A stretch of DNA of 61,694 nt, filler included, from Sphacelaria rigidula (lineage: Eukaryota), in assembly GCA_964200075.2 (NCBI GenBank). It is 5 parts of 5 records of this genome, joined end to end, with 100 filler letters (N's around TTAATTAATTAA, not from the genome) between each part and the next. Parts side by side here need not be neighbours in the genome. Positions count along the whole stretch, not along the records: positions 24,723 to 36,980 come from CAXNAA020003952.1; positions 37,081 to 49,338 come from CAXNAA020003953.1; 3 more parts are not named here. One strand, written 5' to 3'. A model generated the notes under the pieces. The model was not told the DNA's origin. It did not search any database and worked only from the letters and a program-made list of their open reading frames with translations. The position numbers and the translations under genes are program-made. Positions 24,850 to 37,848 of the stretch are shown here, in pieces. Each line of letters begins with the position of its first letter. The stretch's first letter is position 1.

Positions 24850-27800
24850 CGCCAAACATTGCGTGAATCCAAGACTTTTCAACCTTGCTCCCACGTGATT
24901 GTGCCATTGCCTGGATGCTTGTCTGAGACCGTAAAGACTCCTGTTCAATCTTACGATCTTCCCAGACAGTATCCCACATCCTGAAGGCAGTCGCATGAAG
25001 ACGTTTTCCTCCAACTCTGACTGCACAAAAGCTTGTTCCACGTCAAAATGACGCCAAGAAAGGTCCTGCTCACACGCCGAGGCAGCTAACAAACGAACAC
25101 TTGAAATCGCTCCAGTTGGCGCATACAATTCACCAAAATCTATATCTGCTCTTTGCGTGTCACCTCTTGCAACCAGTCTTGATTTCGCTTTTGTAGCCCA
25201 TCCAAACTCGTCAGCCTTCCAAGTATAGACCCATTTCGCGTTAATATAGTTGTGGAGTAATTGCTACACGGCTGAATCAACAGTCCCCGCGTCTACAATA
25301 CCCTGAAACTCTCGAGCCACTGAGTTTACCCACACACCCCCATATTCCGGCTGCAGAGCTTCAGCGTACGTCGTCGGTGTCTTCAGGTCCTTCACTGCAA
25401 TATGTGGGATGTTCGGTGTCGTGCGCGGCGCATGCTCTTCCTTCATGGCGTCCCTGATGTCCTCTCGCGTTGCCAGCTTCGTTGCGTCTCGGAACGGGAT
25501 GCCCTTCTACCCTCCTGCAATGTAGCCCTGTTTCCTTCCAACCTCTACTGCACTGCGCGTAAGATGGGCAGACAGCAGGCATTGCTTGTCCAGTTGTGAT
25601 AATAGGCCCAAGTCTTGATTGATGAGTGATGTTGACGGAGTCCTTACAGATAGATGTTGTGCTGTGGCCGAGCGTGTCCTCCCTGGCTGTCGTGGATCTG
25701 TTTCCAGATCAAGTTCCCTGACAACTCTCGGCGGGATCGGTGAAAACGAGAAATCTTGGACGTTGGTTGTTGATGGTGGTGGAGATGTTGTTGCCGATGA
25801 TATTGGTGACGGTGCTTGTGAATTATTGAATCGTGGCGGTGATGCCGCGGTGACCTATGCGGGTGTTGAGGTGGAGTTGAATCGGTATGCGGTTGCTGTT
25901 GTGTGGGCGGTCGTGGCGGTGGAGAAGTGGGTGATGTAAAAGTAGGGAAATGTGGCGGTAGTGTTGGTGCGGCGGCGGCGTCGGCGGCGGGATGATTGCT
26001 GCCCCCCCCCTCCCCCGACGTCGGGCGTCGCCGGCTGGAAAAAGGGATGTCGAGGTACTGTCCACGCCACATTATTGGTGTAGCAAACAGCACCTGTGTC
26101 GGCCTTGAGAACCTTGATTGTTGTTGAGGAATAGTTGCTGCCGTTGTTGAGGTAGAAGCAACGCACAGCTTGGACATCCATATTCGATCTTTGGGTAACG
26201 CGCATCATACCTGGCTGAGAAAAGGTACGATTCGGAGAGGTGGCTGTCGGCCGGTGAAGACTTGGTATGGAGGCAGCTTGCCGGGGTTGGCCGTAGTTGC
26301 GGAGCGGTTGAAACCATCAGCTGCCCAGACGGCGGCCTCTAGCCATAGACGATCCAGGTTGCCGCCTAGGTGTGGAACCTCGGCAAAATTGACGTCGGGG
26401 AACAGTCGTGACGCCTCGCAGCGCGCGGCGTGCCCTGCCTTCATGATGCGCCAGATTGCGCTTTCAGCGACCGCGTTCTGCTTGGGAGTATCAGGCGCGG
26501 TGGTCTCGCGGCGGATGCGGGCGTTGTCACAGAAGTCGATGAAGTCTTGGGAGAGAAATTCACCACCGTTGTCGATGCGGAAGCAGCGCGGGATACCGAA
26601 GCGGTTGATATCAGCGAGGTAGCGTTTCACCATCGCCAAGGCACCCGCCTTTCGTGCCAACCCGTACAGCATGACCAAACGAGATTTACTGTCGACACAG
26701 GCTAACATGTTCATGGACCCGCCCAGAGTACGTGTATGAGGTCCGGTCAAGTCGAGGTGCACGATGTCGAGGACCGTCAAAGCACGTAAGTTCAAATGCG
26801 GAATACCTGCACGTCGTCCCTTACTCTCGAAGCACCCTTCGCACGGTTCCAGTCGTCCGGTGAGGATGATACCCCGTTGTGCGGCAGTAGCTCGAAGGAT
26901 GATCTCGTTCGCGTGGTAGAGGGAGACATGAAAAAAATTTATGTCCGCTCGGCTCCGTGGTTTGCCGACCGTGAAGGGTCCTCGAATGGTTGCCAGTACT
27001 GCAAAAGCCATGTCTGCTCTCTCCCCTTCACTCAACTCTTCAAGACTCAAAAAAGGGAGGAAAAAATCATGGTGGGAAGTACCGTCTATTCCCAACAGTA
27101 ACTGCTGATCAGAAAACATGCTGAGGTCGCATTTTGGTAGCCCGGGAACAACATACAGCCCTGAAGTAACAGTAGAAGCACCATCAATCGTGGGTAGGTG
27201 GGGGGGAACACTTGTAGCACTCATCTGCGGGGGGACAGGAACAGAACTCGAGGGAGCACTCGTGACACTCGTCTGCGGGTGGACAGGAACAGAACTCGAG
27301 GGAGCACTCGTGACACTCGTCTGCGGGGGAACAGGAACAAAACTCGAGGGAGCACTCGTGACACTCTTCTGCGGGGGGACCGGAACAGAACTCGAGGGAG
27401 TATTACGAACACTAGCTCCTTGGGGTCCGGAATCAGAAATCGGGGGAATCTCAGTGACACTTGCTTGTTGTGGAGTGGAAATAGGAACCGTGTCTTTTCT
27501 GGCCGCAACAACAGGCGTAACTAAGGGCATCTGTCCGTGGGTAGACGGGAGGCGTGAGGCATATTGTGATGATGAACGCTTAGTGCAGTCAAACCGTAAT
27601 CTGCCATCGAACAAATGCATACCTTCTTTATCGCAGATGACGCGTTGGTCCTTTTGGGACTTGTGGATGGAGAATAGATTGAACTGAATTCCATCCAAAA
27701 CATACACATCCGTCAGCAATACACACACTGCATCGACATGGGGGGAGTTGTTTGCACGTGCTTGATAAAATCACAACTTGAGACTCCCTACAGCCTTAAC

Positions 27801-29866
27801 CGGTAGTACCGTACCATCACCCAGAATAACACTCTCGTTCCCCGGCGGAGGAGGGTGAGTATCAAAAACATGAGTGATGTCCCCAGTGGTATGGTGTGAT
27901 GCGCCTGAATCAGCTATCCATATCTCTGCATCAGGGACGGGCACAGATCTGGATCGATGCAACATGACTCTACTGCTAATGTCGGGTTCACCTGAACTAA
28001 AAACTGATTCCTCTGGCACGGCAGAAAGCGCCATGTACACACTATTACCAGGGTTATCAGCAAGCGGCAGATCAGCAGTTGAGGTTTCATGGGGATTTAC
28101 CGGATGGGAAAGTAGGTCGGAAGACTCGTGGTAAAGTGACGAGTATGGTGGTGGTGGTGCAGCGGGGGAAGGATCATGGTTGGTGTGGTCTGGCGGTGGA
28201 AGTTGTGATGGGTGATCGGTCTGTGGTTCGGCGGAGGAAGGATCATAGTGGTAGTGGTCTGGCGGTGAAAGTTGTGATGGGTGATAGGTCTGTGATGCGG
28301 TTGACGAGGAATGGTATTGGGATTGGTTGTGTCCTGAAGATTGTGGTGGATGGTGATTGGATGATGGAGGTGGTGTGTAGTAGGGATTGTGTTCCGAGAT
28401 TGTGGTAGGCTGCGGCTGCAGTTGATGTTGGGAGGTATGGTATTGTACTGTGTGGGCGTAACCGGCATCATTGAAAGCTTCGTCCTCGTAGACAAAGTTA
28501 TCAACGCTCTCATGGTGCTGGTACGGAGAATCCGTCTGCTGGACGGTGTTGGCTTGTGGTTGATGGTTGTGGATTTGGTGTTGAGGATGCGGGTAATGGA
28601 ATTGTGATGAGATATGATTGGCTGTGTGGTTGGATTGTTGTCAGCGACGTGTTGGGCCCGTGTATGTTGATTGGCGTTGCTGGGGGATTGGGAGTTGCTC
28701 GGCTTTGTGATGCTGCGCGCGGTACTGACGAGGAGGGCAGTTGGGACAATTAAAAGGGCAACGCATTTGGTAGGTTATTTGACTTGGTTGGTAAATCCTA
28801 CCGCGGCCTAATCCCGAATGACTCCATGGACTGTTTGGTCGCCATGGCTGTTGTCTCGGGGAATGCCACCCCCCTGGACCACCATGACCACTGCTGATGT
28901 ATTGCTGTGATCATGGTTGGTGTGGGAATTGGGTTGATGTGTGTTCGGAGGGATGTGGTGGTGGTTGTGTTGGTTTCGCGGATTGTGCGATCTCCGGTTT
29001 CCCCCGTTCTGCCATCTGCCAGGTGATCCATGGCCCCTTCCACTAGTACTAGAAGCGGAAAGTGCATGGTTCAAGGTTGTTCCCTGCCTTTCTTTCAACA
29101 ACTGCAATTCTGCATACGCATTTCCTAGCTGGCGGGTTACCTCATCTATGCTTATCTCTCGTAGTGCTAGAAAATTGCCATGCTCGTGCTCGTACTCTGA
29201 TGAAAGGCATCGAACAAAACGCCTGTTCGCTTCACAGTCCGAGAACTACATCGAATTCTTCACGCTTCGTACGAATAAACTGGGCCCGCGAGAGAAAGTT
29301 CATTGGCAATTCACCGTCGGCCATCTGCAACGTTTGCCGGTCGTGTTCCAACTTGGCTTTTTCTGTGGCTTCTGGAATCCTCTAGTACTGGACAATATAA
29401 TTCCATACTCGACTTGGGTTCGCAAGCATATCGATATGCCTTACCAAGGGGAAAAGGTGATTTTATCAACTGTTATCCTCATAGCCTTTCTGGCTTTGTC
29501 GACTGCTTCGTTTCCAAAACTTGCTCGCAAATCGTCCTCATTCTCACGGTGTACCCTGATGGGGTTCTCAACTAGCAAAGCGTCATGGCAGTTTTCGTCC
29601 TTAGAATATACACACATCTGGATGTTGAATACCTCGAACCTATCCCTGACATTGGTAGATGTGGCAGCTTTTTCATCCCAAGGTAGGATGCTTTTGTTGC
29701 TGCAAATGCGATGGGAATTGGGGGTGTGAGGGGTGTGGAACGGTGCTTGCTGTGCTGTACTAGCATGCATCATCGGTGCGTTGTTGATTGTCTGCTGCAT
29801 CCTTTTCATCTGTTCAGTCAGAAATCTTACTTGCTCTTCCATTGTGGGGTGTTGGTTCTCTTCCAT
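24850..29866 (-). pseudogene. Ty1/Copia gag-protease-integrase-RT (N-half), disrupted by stops and frameshifts
   Basis: gag start MEENQHPT at 29866. Protease WIADSGASHH at ~27900. GAG-pre-integrase H..H..CEGC. Integrase IVHLDLTGP / FRIDNGGEF / PKQNAVAES in 26205-27728. RT AKSRLVARG, FDVEQAFVQ, LYGLRQASRQW in 24850-25250. The PR-INT-RT order is diagnostic of Copia. Confidence 0.95.
27205..27400 (-). repeat. 48-bp (16-aa) in-frame minisatellite, ~4 copies, inside Copia pol
   Basis: Unit ggaacagaactcgagggagcactcgtgacactcgtctgcggg(g/t)gaca on +, encoding PVPPQTSVTSAPSSSV on -. Confidence 0.9.
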
Positions 29867-30078
29867 ATTAAAACCTAGTCAAATTATCAGCCTTGCTCAA
29901 CCTGTACTGAAACCTGAAAACCTTCACACCTTTCTCTTAAATACTCCTCGACTCAAACTCTGCTCCTGCCCAGCTCTCTCACTTCGACTCAAGCTCTCCT
30001 CTTGCTCAAACTCTCTCCAGTCTCAAACCCTTCTGCGCAGGCGGTAACTCTTGTCGCTAGCGTAATCGACCGCTCTGA

Positions 30079-30560
30079 TGAGGGGTAAACGTTCACACAC
30101 CTCAAGTGGGTGAACAGCAGTCAACACCTTGGCTCAGGCAAGTAGTATTAGTTATAGATGGTTCCAGAACACGTTTCGTATTATCTCACTTCACCCTGTT
30201 CACTCTTCCAGACTCCAACCACCTCCAATCACACAATAACACACGCTCAATATCCTTCACTCAATACCACACACGCACAGACTCACCACATACACTTATG
30301 TTAACCCCCAGAGCAAGGTAGGCAGTTGGCACCCGAACCAAGAACCAAGATGGACCAAGATGGAATGACCGAAGGGGGCGATGAGCAATCCAGCTGCTCG
30401 TACTGCACACGTGACTGTACTCGCATAACTTACGTCAGTAGACACCATCCCTCTGATTAGTTACCCAATCCCCCGCAATTGCAACATGGTGCATGTTATT
30501 TGTACTGCACTGTATCCTACATCAACGTTGTTCATGGCAGAGCGTGAGCACAGTCAATTA
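30079..30560 (-). mobile_element. Single Copia LTR (~480 bp) lying between the RNaseH end and the gag start
   Basis: On -, preceded by polypurine tract GAACAGGGGGGC (30561-30572), ends ...ACCCCTCA, and is followed by TCAGAGC (partial match to a tRNA-iMet PBS, TGGTATCAGAGC). The 5' boundary is uncertain (30556 or 30560). No second copy is available to confirm it. Confidence 0.7.
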
Positions 30561-30899
30561 GCCCCCCTGTTCACGGCTCAGCCATGACTTCAAAACCTAT
30601 ACCGTTGAAAACCGAAATGGAAAAAAATAATCCGACACAAAAACCAAAAATATCTCAAGCCATGCTCAAACTCCACGAATATATAATATAAAAATCATAA
30701 GTTACCCAGAAAATAGTACCAATATTTCGTGTCCCCCAAAAACCTCATCACTTATCTCAAGTCATATTCAAAATCCAACAATATAAAACATGAAAACTGA
30801 AATTACCCAGGAAATAGTACCTCGAATATTTCGTGCCCCCCCAAAACCTGTCACTCACCTCATAAAATATCCCAAAAGTTCACATAGTACTCATGACAT

Positions 30900-31892
30900 G
30901 ATTACGATGAAATTCAAAGACCTCTGTGGGCAACACCTTTGTCAAGAAATCATCATGTTAATATTCCGATCTTACGTGGATAATCGAAATCTCTTTCCTC
31001 GATACTACTTCCCTGGTAAAGTGATATCTAACGTCGATATGCTTGGAGTTCGAGTTGGTTATGGGATTCTGTGCTAGTTGGATGGCTCCCTGATTGTTCT
31101 CGAACAACGGAATACACGGTACTCCAACCTGAGACAACATGAATTGCCATACCTGTCTGAGAAACAGTACCTCTTTCGACACGTCAGTCATGGCTACGTA
31201 CTCTGCCTCCGATGTAGATAGCGTTACGCATTTTTGTGTTCTGGAGAACCAAGAAACACACCCGCCACCACATATGATCAGCCCCCCAAATACCGAACGC
31301 CTGTCCACTGCTTTGCTGGCGTAATCAGCATCAGCAAACGCCTGAAAGCTCAGTCCCTGCAAACTTCATCTACGGTAGCTAATCCCAAGTGTTCTGGTTC
31401 GTTTCACATGTCCCAAAATACCAATCGCTGTACACCAATGTAGGATTCTGGGACACGCACAATACCTTGCTACTGCTCGTACTGCATTAGATATGTCTGG
31501 CCGTGTTTGAGTGGCCAGCCACATGAGTGATCCCACCATTTCTCTGAAAGGTAGTTTCGTTGGCTCTTCGTCGTCTCTGAACTCTTCAAGCTTCACACCG
31601 GGCTTGATCGGAATACTGATACCTGCCTCAACATTGAATTTCCGTGCCAACTCTTCTGCAAACGTTTGTTGTGATATACTCAGCGTCCCACTCTCCAAAT
31701 CCCTTTCGTAATATAGTCCCGAATACCAACGCAATTCCCTCAGATTCTTGTTCGATTCCATTTTATTCAGGTCCTCACCAAATCTACCACACCTTTCCAC
31801 ACTTCCTACGGCGAATATATCATTTACATGTACCACCAACGTGATAGATACTTTTTTCTCCTCCACCACACGAAAAACGCATGGGTCCGCCA
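30900..31892 (-). pseudogene. Ty1/Copia RT (C-half) and RNase H
   Basis: DPCVFR...VVHVNDI (catalytic DD altered to ND)...FREMVGSLMWL..TRPDI. In-frame stop at 31366-31368. RNaseH FADADYA..DRRS, LSTSEAEYVA, SKHIDVRYHF. Confidence 0.95.
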
Positions 31893-34800
31893 TAATAGGA
31901 AGCCTCGTGCACAGGGTGCATCGTCGAGGGGGATTATAGGCCAGAGGTGGCCAGTTGATACCAGATTCATTGTATTTAATTCACCCGATTTTGCCCTCTC
32001 TCATACACATAAAACTACCGTAAAACACATGTTCACCACTCGTACACAACTGAACGAGGTGGGGTCGTCATACCTTGGGGAAACAATCATGCAAGATCAC
32101 ACGTCAGAATCCCATATTTTCGGTAGATATATACTGCAATCACTACATCGGGTGTACCTCAAACATAACTAATATCTTATTCGTACTTCCCCTGTATGTC
32201 ATGATCCAATGCCAATATCCATCTCCCTTCCATCTAGGCAGGTCTACAGTCACAATCCTCGAGCGTAAGTATAATCGATCAGCCTCCCTGCTTACGGCTC
32301 TAGGACTGATGGTTAATCCTGAACTCATAGTGCCTCATTCTGAAAACGACAACATATTTCATGTTCGTTCGAACATGAACCCAACATCCAACACTATATT
32401 ACCAAGAACTGAAAAAGAAAACCCGATCCCGTCAGGAAAAAACCTTTTCAGCCACGCACAGACGTCGCAAACTCGTCTAATTTAGCAATCGAAAGCTCAA
32501 ACCCTGAATATAATCAGTTCTTCGTACCCTATCCATGCTTCATTTAAACAATCATTTGCGTCAGTCAGCACAAAATAATTAGATGTATGTGTATAAAAAT
32601 CACAACCAGTTCCCAAATCCTCCTTGGGACAACCGAAAATCACACATGAATGCACAGTAGACCCCCTTCCCATACTCCTCGTCAGATACCATGATGACAT
32701 TCGAGAAACACAGTCAACCTTCCGATACTCGAATCTGTCAAAAACGCTCTTTCTTCAAAGTAACAAGATGCCGTTGTCTATGTGAAATTCGATTCAACAT
32801 ACCGTCTACAACACGGTCCACATCAGGCAAGTGTCTACAATCAACATGTGCAATGAAGTTTGCATGGTAGCCTTGCACCCATGTTCACAATCAAATATTT
32901 TACCCGTGATATCACTCTGCTGAACAAAAATAACCTCTCGAAATAATACGCAAAATAAGCACTGCAAAAATGAAAACTTGCAGTAGTGGTGTGTGTACCA
33001 CTTACCCTCGAGTTCGAGAACAAAATTCAAATTCAAATCGAGTCAATTCAAATTCAAATCGCTAAAACTAGGGGTATGCTCGAAGACAAAATATATAGAT
33101 TCCCCATCTGCCCCAACATAAGAACACAAGACCTGCTTCTGTTTGTACCATTCTGTAGCCTAGATAAACAAGACACAGTTTCTTTCAAAACACTATTAGC
33201 CTCCCTGATGCCGACTATCTACCAACTGCCTAGAATAGTTGATATAACCCACATCAGTGAACACTTGCAAGCTCGAATCCCTTCATCTCAGAACACGAAA
33301 AATATCTTTTTCGAACCTCGTTCGCACCATAGACCCTAGAATACCCAGAGAAAATTCATGTACCAGTACACTCGTTCCACAACGACTTGTACTGCGTATA
33401 TCGTATCAGGTGGAAACTCGGAACATAAAACCAAACTCTGTCAGCACTAAAAATATTGTATCCAAAAATAGCGGTTGATCAGTCCACTTCATTTCGAATT
33501 ACTGATCTTTGATGCAAATGTCGCTCGTCATCCGGTCCGAATAACCCCCCAAATCGTCAAACTCACAGTCCAACTCTTGAAATATTTTCTCCTTCACAAA
33601 AAAATCAATTCCTGTATACCAAAGTCCAAGTGCATGCAAACAAAGAAGTCAAATTATGAGTTGCTCTGCATATACAGTACACTCACCCCAAATATATCAG
33701 GACGGATATTACTCCCTGAATGAACGCCACACCCTGGGGAGTATATGACATAAATTACTCCGTACTAAAACGCACCCCCTGATTCAATATGTAATATTGA
33801 TTTACAGGGGGTATTGCTTCCAGGTGCTACATGAAAACATAATATCAATGACCCCAGAGTCAATTCTTGCGAGCATCGTGGTGCAAAGTCAGTCCCGCAT
33901 GTTCAATGGCGGGTGGATAATCAATTGTTTCGTTACACTCAAGACTCAAAACCGTTCCACTCTCGGGAAGTATACTCGAGGTTGAATCCACGCCATGTTC
34001 TTGCCGCGATTGAAAATGTCCAACCCAAAAGACAGAGCCGGTGAATCACTCTGTCGAAAGTATTCTAGCGCGGATAGCAAAATATCAAATTTCCTCTCAA
34101 AATCCGTACCCGACGGATCAAATTGTCCAAAACACTCCGCGGTGGATCACCCCGTATCATGATTTTTCTCCCAAGATAATCTGCCATGGATAACCCCATC
34201 ACATGATTTTTCTTCGTTTTCAAGTACCCGAAAAGATAATCATGGTAGAAAGTAGTCGAATCACCCCTCCATTATTTTCTTTCTCGGTAGTTTCAAATCA
34301 CTGCAGTCATGTGCAGGGTCCAGTAAAAAAAATCATAATCAAAATACCTCAGTACTGCGTTGGGCGTAGGGTACAAAAACTAGAACAATCAAACAAAAAA
34401 TGCAACTATGGGGCGTTGCACACGGTTGGCACGTCACGTTGCTTCAACCAACCAAACAAAAATATTCGAATCAAATCCAAAGTCCCAAACAAATCAAAAG
34501 ATAAAAACCTATATGTCAAAGCGTGTTGGTCCCTGCCGGCTCCTGCTTAGTCCCCCAAGCGATTGTGTTGTCGTCACCCGGCCCGTGGTCGCTGTTTTCG
34601 GTTTGGCTCTCGCGGTGTCGCGGTCCGGGCTTCGTCATTTTCGTGCACATCCGCCTGGGTTCGAAAGCAGTTGCCTCGCCATAAAGATTGGCTCGCCGCA
34701 ACGGGAGCAGGGCACGCGTGCGGAAGAAAAAGTCGCAGAAATAAGTCTTCCGTTGTATTTCATGCAAAAAAATGCGGAAAATATTCGAAAACACCGTGCA

Positions 34801-36980
34801 CGCATCATGTCAAAGTATGAAATTCTTCCCTACAAATCCATGCGACTGTCCTCGCAACTCAACAAAAATTAAAATTCGGGACACACATGTTGCACGAAGT
34901 CCGCCCTGGCGGACAAATTGCAGATGCGGAAATGAAATAAGACAAAAATTGCCCGCATTCGACCGCAATGTTCTTTGACCAACACCGCAAATACATGATG
35001 CTTCGATTAAATGTCAATACACAACAGACTGTAGTGCAGTACAGCCTACAAGCAGTGATGAGCCTGGAATGAAGCACACAGAATCAGTTGACATGAGAGA
35101 ATGCTGCGTGGAATCATTCTCAACAGCAACTTGCAATTCCGTTTCTGTTTGTAATCGGCGTGCTCAACGTGTTGATCAGGGTCCAACGTGTAACAACGCA
35201 AAAACAACTGAATCTCAAGATCTCAACATCACCAGCCAGTGCCATCTGACCTCTTGTACCCTACATCACGGTCAGTTGAGATCCTGATTCCAAACCAGTT
35301 TGCAACACAAGTGGTTGTCATTCAAGGCAACATGTCGAGTGCTTCACTGTCAGAAACATAGGACCGGTTACTGTACTACTGCCTGTATAACACAACATCT
35401 CTCATCGAATGCATGTCGAGTCAAAAGCGTAAGTTCAACTACGGTGATGACGTAATATAACACCCCTACACTCGAAAACATGGACTGTACCCAGTCATGT
35501 AGATTCGCGTCCCTTGTTTGAGGGAACCGACTGGAAAACAAATGGGGAAGATCGTGTACAGTACAATGCATGCGTGCAGGGTAGAATGGTCGAGTACCAT
35601 ACCCTACAGGTCAATGCAGTGTATCACAATACAGTGCAGATGTGAGAATCAACACATGTGGTGATACGCATGTACTAGCCTGTTGCAAATTAGATGACGG
35701 TATATAACACCCCCTTCTACAGTCAAGGGGACCATATCATTTCGGCAATGGAGAAGGGAAGAAACAGAGTCGCAAACAGATAAATAACAAAGGAGGGCAC
35801 ACATAAAACACTCCAAAATCACACTTGCGTTCAGTCTCACTACAGAACGATCCGAGCGTGATGCTGAATGAAAAATATAGACAAACACGGGTCGACGTGT
35901 TCTCGACAAACTCGATATCCAAATAAAGGTGGGGACTCCCTCGATCGTACAACAGAAAAATCAAAATAAGAAAAACGTGCCTTACTGAGCACGATGGCTC
36001 CGTTGAAGCAGAATCTGGAAAGCTGATGATGACGTTGCAGTCTTGGACGTGGCTTGTTCATTGGCGTTCGGATGCTACAGTTGGTGACGCGTGTCGAGGG
36101 GTGATGCCGCTGTCGACTTTTCGGCACCGTGCTGCTCCATTTAGCCGAAAATACAAAATTAAAAGATGAATGCATGCCTTGTAACTCCTTGTCCCATCTT
36201 GGATGAAAGCTGAGAAGCTGTTGATTTGATGTCCTTGTTTTAGTTGCCCACTGGCGTTTGGATGCTAGAGTTGGTGACTTGTCCTCTGCCGGGCTTGGGT
36301 CCCTTACTGCTCCAGTTAGCTCTTGTGGTGCTGTGATGCTCTTGTCGATGATATGCCTTCTCTTGTCCTGCGCGTAGTGTGCGCGTCTCGATGCCTTGTA
36401 GTTTGTTCTCTTGTCCTGCGCGTAGTGTGCGCGTCTTGTTGCCTCGAAGTATATTTGAAAAACCCCGTCTTCTTGATAGCTCCTCTTGAAAAACCCTTAC
36501 TCGTGTTATATTGTTTGAAAAGACCCCGATGTCGTCTGTGCCGATTGTATCCCGATCTCCAGTAGGACTGAGCCTACGATATTTAAACTCCTAGCATCCC
36601 CGTACATGAGCCCTGACCCAGGTCATGCTAGCATAATAGGAAGCCTCGTGCACAGGGTGCATCGTCGAGGGGGATTATAGGCCAGAGGTGGCCAGTTGAT
36701 ACCAGATTCATTGTATTTAATTCACCCGATTTTGCCCTCTCTCATACACATAAAACTACCGTAAAACACATGTTCACCACTCGCACACAACTGAACGAGG
36801 TGGGGTCGTTATACCTTGGGGAAACAATCATGCAAGATCACACGTCAGAATCCCATATTTTCGGTAGATATATACTGCAATCACTACATCGGGTGTACCT
36901 CAAACATAACTAATATCTTATTCGTACTTCCCCTGTATGTCATGATCCAATGCCAATATCCATCTCCCTTCCATCTAGGC
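31893..36980 (-). mobile_element. Non-autonomous LTR retroelement (LARD-like, ~5.1 kb) nested in Copia RT; its 5' LTR is completed by 24723-24849
   Basis: 389-bp LTR at 31893-32281. Second LTR starts at 36634, runs off the contig end and resumes at the contig start; two mismatches seen between the copies. 5-bp TSD CGCCA at 31888-31892 and 24850-24854. PPT at 32282-32300. The 4.35-kb interior has no recognisable retro-domain ORF. Confidence 0.88.
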
Positions 36981-37080
36981 NNNNNNNNNNNNNNNNNNNN
37001 NNNNNNNNNNNNNNNNNNNNNNNNTTAATTAATTAANNNNNNNNNNNNNNNNNNNNNNNNNNNNNNNNNNNNNNNNNNNN
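36981..37080. other. Artificial contig spacer
   Basis: Same 100-nt structure. Confidence 0.97.
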
Positions 37081-37742
37081 ATAAGCACAAGCATATGTCT
37101 GCGAAAAATTTGTCGTTGGACAGACCCCAAGATATTTCGGTTGATGGACATCAGGACTTGTATTTCTCGAGATAGTGGGAGATGACAACAAAACCTTCCC
37201 CCGGGGGAAGTTTGCTCCACCATCTACCAATCTACCGCACGTAGCAGCGGAGCATCGAGGACGTCATGCTCCACCAGCTATCAATCTACGACACGTAGCA
37301 ACGGAACATCGGTCCAAGATCAGTTTTCACTGCGTGGGTGCCTGACGACAGCGTCGTCTGCATCAAGGGGCACGAGAACAAGTTCGAACCTTAACGGTGG
37401 CTACCGTTCCAGACGGAACGGTCTCGGTGTACCTTTCCAAACATTTACCAAAAAATGGGAGTTATGAGTCTCATGCTACCGACTTCCCGTTTGGGCGCTT
37501 TCATCACTGCGGTAGGCCAGGACGCTACGATAGGGCGATCGAAAGATAATTCATTGAAAGACATTTGGAAGCTGGAGATCAGCCAATGGTCATGACCGGG
37601 TGTTACCTGGTGGACTCTCAGGACCTGCCGCTGTCCTGTCGTCTGAGATGTCGACGTCGAGATGCCAGGGTTGATTCGCTGTTACACCCGACGACTCCGG
37701 CCCAAGGAACCGGTCCAAGGAAAATTCCCTGTTGCAGTTAAC

Positions 37743-37848
37743 ATGCGGGGTACAATCCGTTATGTCGCACGTTTCAATCTTGCGACCGTTCTGTCGCACG
37801 TTATGCGGGGTACAATCCGTTATGTCGCATGCGGGGTACAATCCGTTA
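37743..37848. repeat. Three copies of ATGCGGGGTACAATCCGTTAT(GTCGCA)
   Basis: Read directly at ~37743, ~37803 and ~37829. Confidence 0.85.

Noticed and set aside
27118..29729. Long plus-strand ORFs (189 aa and 262 aa)
   Set aside because: Antisense shadows of Copia gag-pol and its minisatellite
30327..30340. TGGCACCCGAAC resembling a tRNA-Lys primer-binding site
   Set aside because: On the wrong strand and in the middle of the inferred LTR, with no matching element structure around it
37743..37848. Short direct repeats as a CRISPR array
   Set aside because: Only three units with irregular spacing (60 and 26 nt), eukaryotic context and no cas genes
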